Of a DNA stretch of 64,000 nucleotides, positions 57,853 to 64,000 are shown piece after piece (positions within the stretch are counted from its first letter, which is position 1; every line of letters begins with the position of its first letter). Origin of the DNA: Tubulanus polymorphus (lineage: Eukaryota; Animalia; Nemertea). The notes beneath the pieces are model-generated. The model did no database searches and was not told where the DNA came from. It was given only the letters and a program-made list of their open reading frames with translations. The position numbers were made by a program, and so were the translations under genes. The stretch covers positions 5,550,485 through 5,614,484 of the forward strand of contig NC_134027.1 in the NCBI RefSeq assembly GCF_964204645.1, written 5' to 3'.

Positions 57853-60800
57853 AAGTGTATTCGATTTAGTTAAGGTTTATAGTTATTTGTTTTGTTTATT
57901 ACAATAACTGAGTTGATAGAATGCTAAAAACAACAACAGAAAAAATCTCGGGTTTTCGCTATGGAAGGTTGTTCGATAAATGAGAAAACCCTATTGATAA
58001 ATATTTGAAAAAATGCCTTTTCATGTAAATAGAGTATTAATTTGTTGTTTGTTTGTATTGTTGCTTATTATTATATCTATTTTTTTTAAATATTATTCAT
58101 TTATTTATGAACTTGTATTTTGTATTATTTACTATCTATTATTTATAATTTTTTATTTATTGGTTTTTCTTATTTATTCATGTACTTGTATTTTGTATCA
58201 TGTATTATTTATACTCCTCTATTTACAACTGCAGGCATTTTTTCACAGTAAAGTTCTAGGCCCATTTTAAACAAGTAAATTAACTTTAATAAATTATTCG
58301 ACGCCTGCGAAAAAATGTAGAATTTCTGGTATAAGCTAATGTGGAATTGCAAATTTGAAATCGAAGTTTTAAGAAATTTCGGGAATTATGAGATTTGGCG
58401 ATTGGGTAGATGATACAGTCTTCGACTGGTCTAATTTTAAAAAAAAATTGTCAACTTGTGACTTCGATTCACTTTTGCCTCTAAGCTGGTCTGCAACTTC
58501 ATTGCCTCCATGGTTGAAGAAAGAGCTCTTCTGATGTCTGCTTCATCATGACTTTGGGCATATCGTGTAGCCTTGATATCACTTGATATCCTAGACTTGA
58601 GTCTGGGTTGAAGTAGACAATGTCATATAATTAACTTATTCATGTTATTCTGTATGAATTACCCGTGTGTCTTGTATTTTCTTATTTTAAAATTTGTAAA
58701 TGTATTGATTTTTGGAATTTTATCCCGGAATTTCAATGTAATAAGGATCAATAAAGTATTGAATTTAATTGTCACCTTATACACATGCCATCAGTGGACG
58801 CGGAGCCGTATATGACAGCTATGCTATAATAAATTGCTAATCTCATGAAACCTGCATACGTCTAATATCGAACATATTTTCAAAAACATTTGAATATTGA
58901 AATTATTTTACACGTTTTTATAAAGACCGCTAGTAGCCGCCGATGAAATTCACGCCGGCCCAACTCAGATCGTAGATAGCTTCGTCATTCCACTAGCAGC
59001 CCCATGTCAGGGTCTGACTTTTATATCAGACTTCCAAATCGTGTATACATCCGCCATTTAACCGAATAATCCGATTTACTTATCATTTCTATTTATCGCT
59101 GCCGCTCCTGATATAATCATACATCCTTTACTATTACAATACGTCTTCTCATGATATTCAATGCGATATAACATTTCGACGTTCAAATAGAGGTCATTAT
59201 ATAATCCCAGGGAGCCATTCTACATCTTTATCAATAATATTTTGCCAAATAGCTTGTATGTGTACACATAAACCTGTGACGTTTTGCACATCGATTTACG
59301 GTTGTCGTTTGTAAAATGACGCTGAATGGTTATCATTGTTTAGGTTTCATAATGGTAACGTTTTATAAGGCGTCAAAAAAGCACTAAATTCACTGCCGCT
59401 TCTTAATAATCATTATACACCCGATTTGAAGCTAAGTGATTATTCACGAGAGCCATCTCGTGATATGGATTTACCCATTACAATAAAAGAAGTTCAAACA
59501 GCTATAAACAATGTTAAAACGTTCAAAATTAGTCCTAGCTATAACTTTAGCTTTTCCTCTCAAATGTAAATAATGGTCTCCTTTTAGATAAAGCTTTTGC
59601 TTTCAAATACGTATCATCGAACAGATTGATGGAGGCTCAAAGTTAAAACTCCATGTGAAAATCGACATATATGATTCATTTCTCAAATTGTTTACACGGG
59701 CCTTCGAAAATATCAATGCCATCAAATCAGTACATCTACAATTCTGCAAATACTTATTATTTGTACATAGAACGTTATGTTCTATGTTTCCTAACCATGT
59801 GATATCTACAGGGCAAAGCCACTGTGTTGACTCTGTTTAACTATGGTAAGCACAATATCACGTTGAAACTATATCTCAGTTTAGGCGTTAACTCAACAGA
59901 CCTACGACTCAAAACTAGGCGCTCGACGCGACCATTTACTCCTAGTGACTAACTAACTCGACTTATGTATCAACCTAAGATCGAAGACCAATATCGTGAA
60001 TTAATGGAGCTTAGCTTTTATTAGACTCTAAGAAGGATATTTCTGTCACATTGCAAAACACATGACACATCATTTTACAAACTCATTATAAAATAGTTTT
60101 CTCTATATTGAAATATTCAAACGTAGAGTTCCTTTCTCAGGCCAAAGGAACCTAATTATCTAACTATTTTCAATATTCGACTCAACAACTATTTTCATAC
60201 TTCATTCCACGCAATCAGGTAAATTTTTAAAACTATGTTACCGATCAGACTGGTCTGAAAAAGGGTGATATTAGTAAAAAAATCAATACTTTACTACAGA
60301 GGTCTTTGCCGCTGCTAGATCTCAGTGTGCATGAGTTAAACCATTGTCTTTGCTGCTTCGGTGTTTATCCTGAATCAGATTTTATAAGATAATCCATTGT
60401 CTTTGCTGCGCGAATCAGTGTTTATAAGATACACTATCATCTCTGCTGCTCCTGATAAAATGTTTTATAGAAATCAACCACCGATTGTAGAAGATTCCAT
60501 CGTTGAGTGATTAATCCGTCGCTGGCTCCGAAACTTCTCATCTGGGCTTCTGCAGTTTTCATCAGCAAATGGGTCAATGGGTATTTGTCTACCTTTTGTC
60601 TTCTTCAGGCCATTATTTCCGGGATGTAGTTTGACTGAAACAAAGTGAAGAAAGCAAAACATTTTAGACAGATTTATCATAACTTACATGTCATTTCAAA
60701 TTACAAGCCACCGCGTTTTTCACTTAGTTAATATAGTTATTTCCAAAATCAGAATTAGGTTCATTGACATCAATTGCCGATTTAAACCCCAATAAATAAT

Positions 60801-61244
60801 TGCAGTAGTAGAAAAAATTTATTACTCCAAGGTGTAAGACTAGTAAAGATAAAAGTTCTAAGATCAGCCATGTGGACAGGTAAATAGATTTCGATGATAA
60901 TCACTTATCAAATGATATTCATATGAGGCCTGAAATTTCTATATACCGGTAATTTCCATCTAATGAGTTTGATTCTTCTGTGGGTTGTTCAAATCCGTAG
61001 ATTTCAGATGAGTAGTTGATTTTAAGCTGGTCTCTTTCTTATAGTTGAAACTTAGCTGCAATGAGTAAGTAAATATATCCTGTAATCACGACATTTAGAA
61101 ATCATTGTAATAACTCCATGTATATCAAGTTACCTTTTATGATTGCTGATTTCATCATCGACGAGGATCTCCTAAGTCGGTTGGTTTCTGTGCACTGTTT
61201 TCTCTAATTAGCAGATTTTTGATGAGTTGTTGACCTCAAGCTCT

Positions 61245-62360
61245 CGTTTGACCTTTCGAGTTGGTGTCCCTTACAAACCTACCACACCTGCCGGGAGCGA
61301 TACGGCGGTTTATTTCAAAATTGGAAATCGAAGTACAGATATAGTTGCGTGATCGGCGGTCGTTTTTACAGATCTTTTTTTTTCAAGTCCAAGAACATAA
61401 TTGGTAATTCGGTTCCGGTTCATTCAAACAATCTTTTATTCTGCCTAATTCTGATTTTGGAAATAACTATATTGTTGAAGATAATTTTGCAATATTTGGT
61501 CTTTTTTTAATGTAACTAGTCCGAAAGTTTACAATGTTTAATAATTTTGTCTAACTTCAATTTTTTTGGTCGTATTCACCGTTTAAATAGTCGAAGCACA
61601 TATTAAGTGACTGATTGGGGTTAACTTTTTTCTGCCTAATTTAATACATCGAGATTTTGGAAATAACTATATTTTACAATATTTGGTCTTTTTTCATGTA
61701 ACTAGTCCGAAAGTTTACAAGGTTCAATAATTTTATCTATCTTTTTTCTGCCTAATTTAATACATCGAGATTTTGGAAATAACTATATTTTACAATATTT
61801 GGTCTTTTTTTATGTAACTAGTCCGAAAGTTTACAAGGTTGAATAATTTTATCTACTTTTTTCTGCCTAATTTATACATCGAGATTTTGGAACTAGCTAT
61901 ATTTTACAATATTTGGTCTTTTTTTCATGTAACTAGTCCGAAAGTTTACAAGGTTGAATAATTTTATCTATTTTTTTTCTGCCTAATTTTTTACATCGAG
62001 ATTTTGGAAATAACTATATTTTACAATATTTGGTATTTTTTTCATGTAACTAGTGCGAAAGTTTACAAGGTTGAATAATTTTATCTATTTTTTTCCTGCC
62101 TAATTTAATACATCGAGATTTTGGAAATAACTATATTTTACAATATTTGGTCTTTTTTCATGTAACTAGTCCGAAAGTTTACAAGGTGGGAGAATTTTGT
62201 CTAACTTTAATTTTTTTGTCATTTTCACCGTTTAAATTTGTCTAATTTTTTAAAGTTTATTGTAGTTTTTCTCGAGTATGCCTGAAATCGAAGTACATAA
62301 TTGGGAAATTCGATTCCGGTTCATTCAAACTATCTTCCAATCAGTCTGAAACGGCAAGCT
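61245..62360 (-). mobile_element. Second, inverted copy of the 5636-5939 repeat family with an internal tandem expansion
   Basis: TTGGTGTCCCTTACAAACCTACCACACCTGCCGGG, GTGATCGGCGGTCG, CCGGTTCATTCAAAC, GACTGATTGGGGTTAA and CAGTCTGAAACGGCAAGC all match the reverse complement of 5640-5875. Confidence 0.78.
61625..62215. repeat. Minisatellite, five near-identical units of about 116 bp (plus a diverged unit at ~61441)
   Basis: CTGCCTAATTT..ACATCGAGATTTTGGAAATAACTATATTTTACAATATTTGGTCTTTTTTCATGTAACTAGTCCGAAAGTTTACAAGG recurs at 61632, 61748, 61863, 61979 and 62096. Confidence 0.95.
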
Positions 62361-64000
62361 GAAGAAAAGAGCAGAACCTTTTGAGCAGAAAATCCTTTCG
62401 AATATCACTGATCATAATTATCATGTCAATTCATATATAAGATCCGCAATGTGGATCGATACGTAGATTTTAATAATAGTCTTAAATGATATTTATGAAA
62501 TTCAACTCGTATAGTAATTCATCTATATACTAAATATCTAAGCAATGGTTGATTATTATAGTTTAACAACAATTCAACTCAAGCATCTATAGTCATCTCT
62601 AGGAATACCAGAGTTACAACAAATTTAGTAATGCATAATCAATCTTATCAAATCGTTTTTGAACTGTTTTCTCTTCTATCTTCTTGAAATTCTTGATTGT
62701 CTTTTATTGAAACGCAGGCCCATCATACAGTGCAAACCTGCTAGTAATATTGGCCTATATATATTTCGATTGTCAGCTAAACCATGTTCGCATTATCAAA
62801 TTTACTTCATCGTCAGTTAATAAACTTAAGAGATGTTTTCTACCCACTGATGGCGACATCTGTACCCAGTGAATGGTATTCTAATCCATTTCATTAATTC
62901 TAAATATTGCTCCTAATGTATACAATGATTTTGTAATTATGATAATATAACTAACTGAAGAGTGAGTGCGCTTCCAGCATTGAGCACACTGATCCTATAA
63001 GTAACATGGTTCTACAGATTTAAGAAACCTCGAATCATTCCCACAACTCGACAAATCCAGAATTCTGCAAAGCCTTAAAGATTCAATAAATCCCACACGC
63101 AAGAGACAGAGTTAAAACATACCCAGTATTCTTTATATATCAATCAATATTAAATTATACAGTTGTCTTATCAACCCCTATGGTTTAGATTTGAGCACTT
63201 TCACCTTATATCAAGATGCTGAATTAGATACCTAATCAATAAGTTAATTGATAATGTCCTAGCTATAATTGAAATTGTCTCGGACAATATTTTACATGGG
63301 GCTTAACTAACCCAGAATCCCCTAAAACCTAACTGATTCAACAGATCCCACACACAGATATGGCCCAGTTAGACGCAGATGACATTGCGCGATACAGTCG
63401 TCTCATCCACTGTGCAATTTTGAATAAGTTTCACTTATATTCATTACATTGAATTAATTTCAATTAAATTCTAGGTATCTAAGCGAACCATTAATTAGTA
63501 ATCACACAAGCTATGTCAGTTGAACAATATTTATATGGAGCCTGAAAATCTACATGAGTAGAATTTCAGATGTGGTGAATTCGTCACTATTTGAATTCAT
63601 CAGAAATTAAAGATAAAAAAGCATATTTTTAGTGGTAAATTAGAAATTCCCTTAGCCGAATGGCTAAATAATCTTTATTTCCCTTATATAGTACACTGTG
63701 TATAAGGACCAAAAGACCTTGTTATGATCGGACCTCCCTGGTGCGGTGCGAGTCATGATGCTAGAAAATAGTTTGAAGGAGAGGGGTTAGTAAAAGAGAG
63801 CTATTAGCAAGAGGAATAAGACCTAAGTTTAGGATATCCTGTCAGAATAAGGCTTTCAATCTGACATACACAGTGAAATTGAAATATTCCCCCTTCCAAA
63901 TCCAGGAATGTATTTGTGCACAGATTCAATCGGAAGTAAATCTGCGTTAAATGATTTTGGCAATATGTATCAAAACTAATACAGCTGTATGAAGACACCA

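Noticed and set aside
58013-58270. 85-aa very hydrophobic ORF
   Set aside because: It arises from T-rich low-complexity DNA (F/L/I/Y codons), with no splice or homology support.
60341-60470. Degenerate ~45-53 bp tandem repeat (CCATTGTCTTTGCTGC...TTTATAAGATA)
   Set aside because: Only two to three decayed units, with no evidence of function.
61625-62215. Regularly spaced repeats resembling a CRISPR array
   Set aside because: Units are similar along their whole length with no unique spacers, there are no cas genes, and the context is eukaryotic. It is a minisatellite.

Overview
AT-rich, intron-containing animal genomic DNA. It is probably a marine invertebrate (lophotrochozoan-like, inferred from gene content and compact introns) and is not prokaryotic. 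Five genes can be built by hand from splice signals: (1) the 3' part of an ADGRD1/GPR133-like adhesion GPCR (+, <353-4749); (2) a near-intronless TRPV-like channel (+, ~6978-8975) ending in -ATRL; (3) a ~1950-aa whirlin/PDZD7/harmonin-family scaffold with an N-terminal HHD, two PDZ domains and two very large disordered exons (-, 27398-10821); (4) a divergent ionotropic glutamate receptor-like channel that keeps an N-terminal domain (-, 44779-40427); (5) site-1 protease MBTPS1 (-, 53855-47856). Non-coding DNA holds several non-autonomous mobile elements: two Harbinger-type foldback MITEs, a MITE with a 5-bp TSD, a long-TIR MITE with an 8-bp TSD, a Helentron/DINE-like element, and a poly(A)-tailed, TSD-flanked retroposed repeat whose second copy carries a ~116-bp tandem array. 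The best hypothesis is a four-gene sensory-transduction neighbourhood in which the TRPV-like channel's class I PDZ ligand could bind the adjacent scaffold. This is inference and needs testing. No CRISPR array, rRNA or intact tRNA was seen. Exon coordinates were read by eye and may be off by a few bases.
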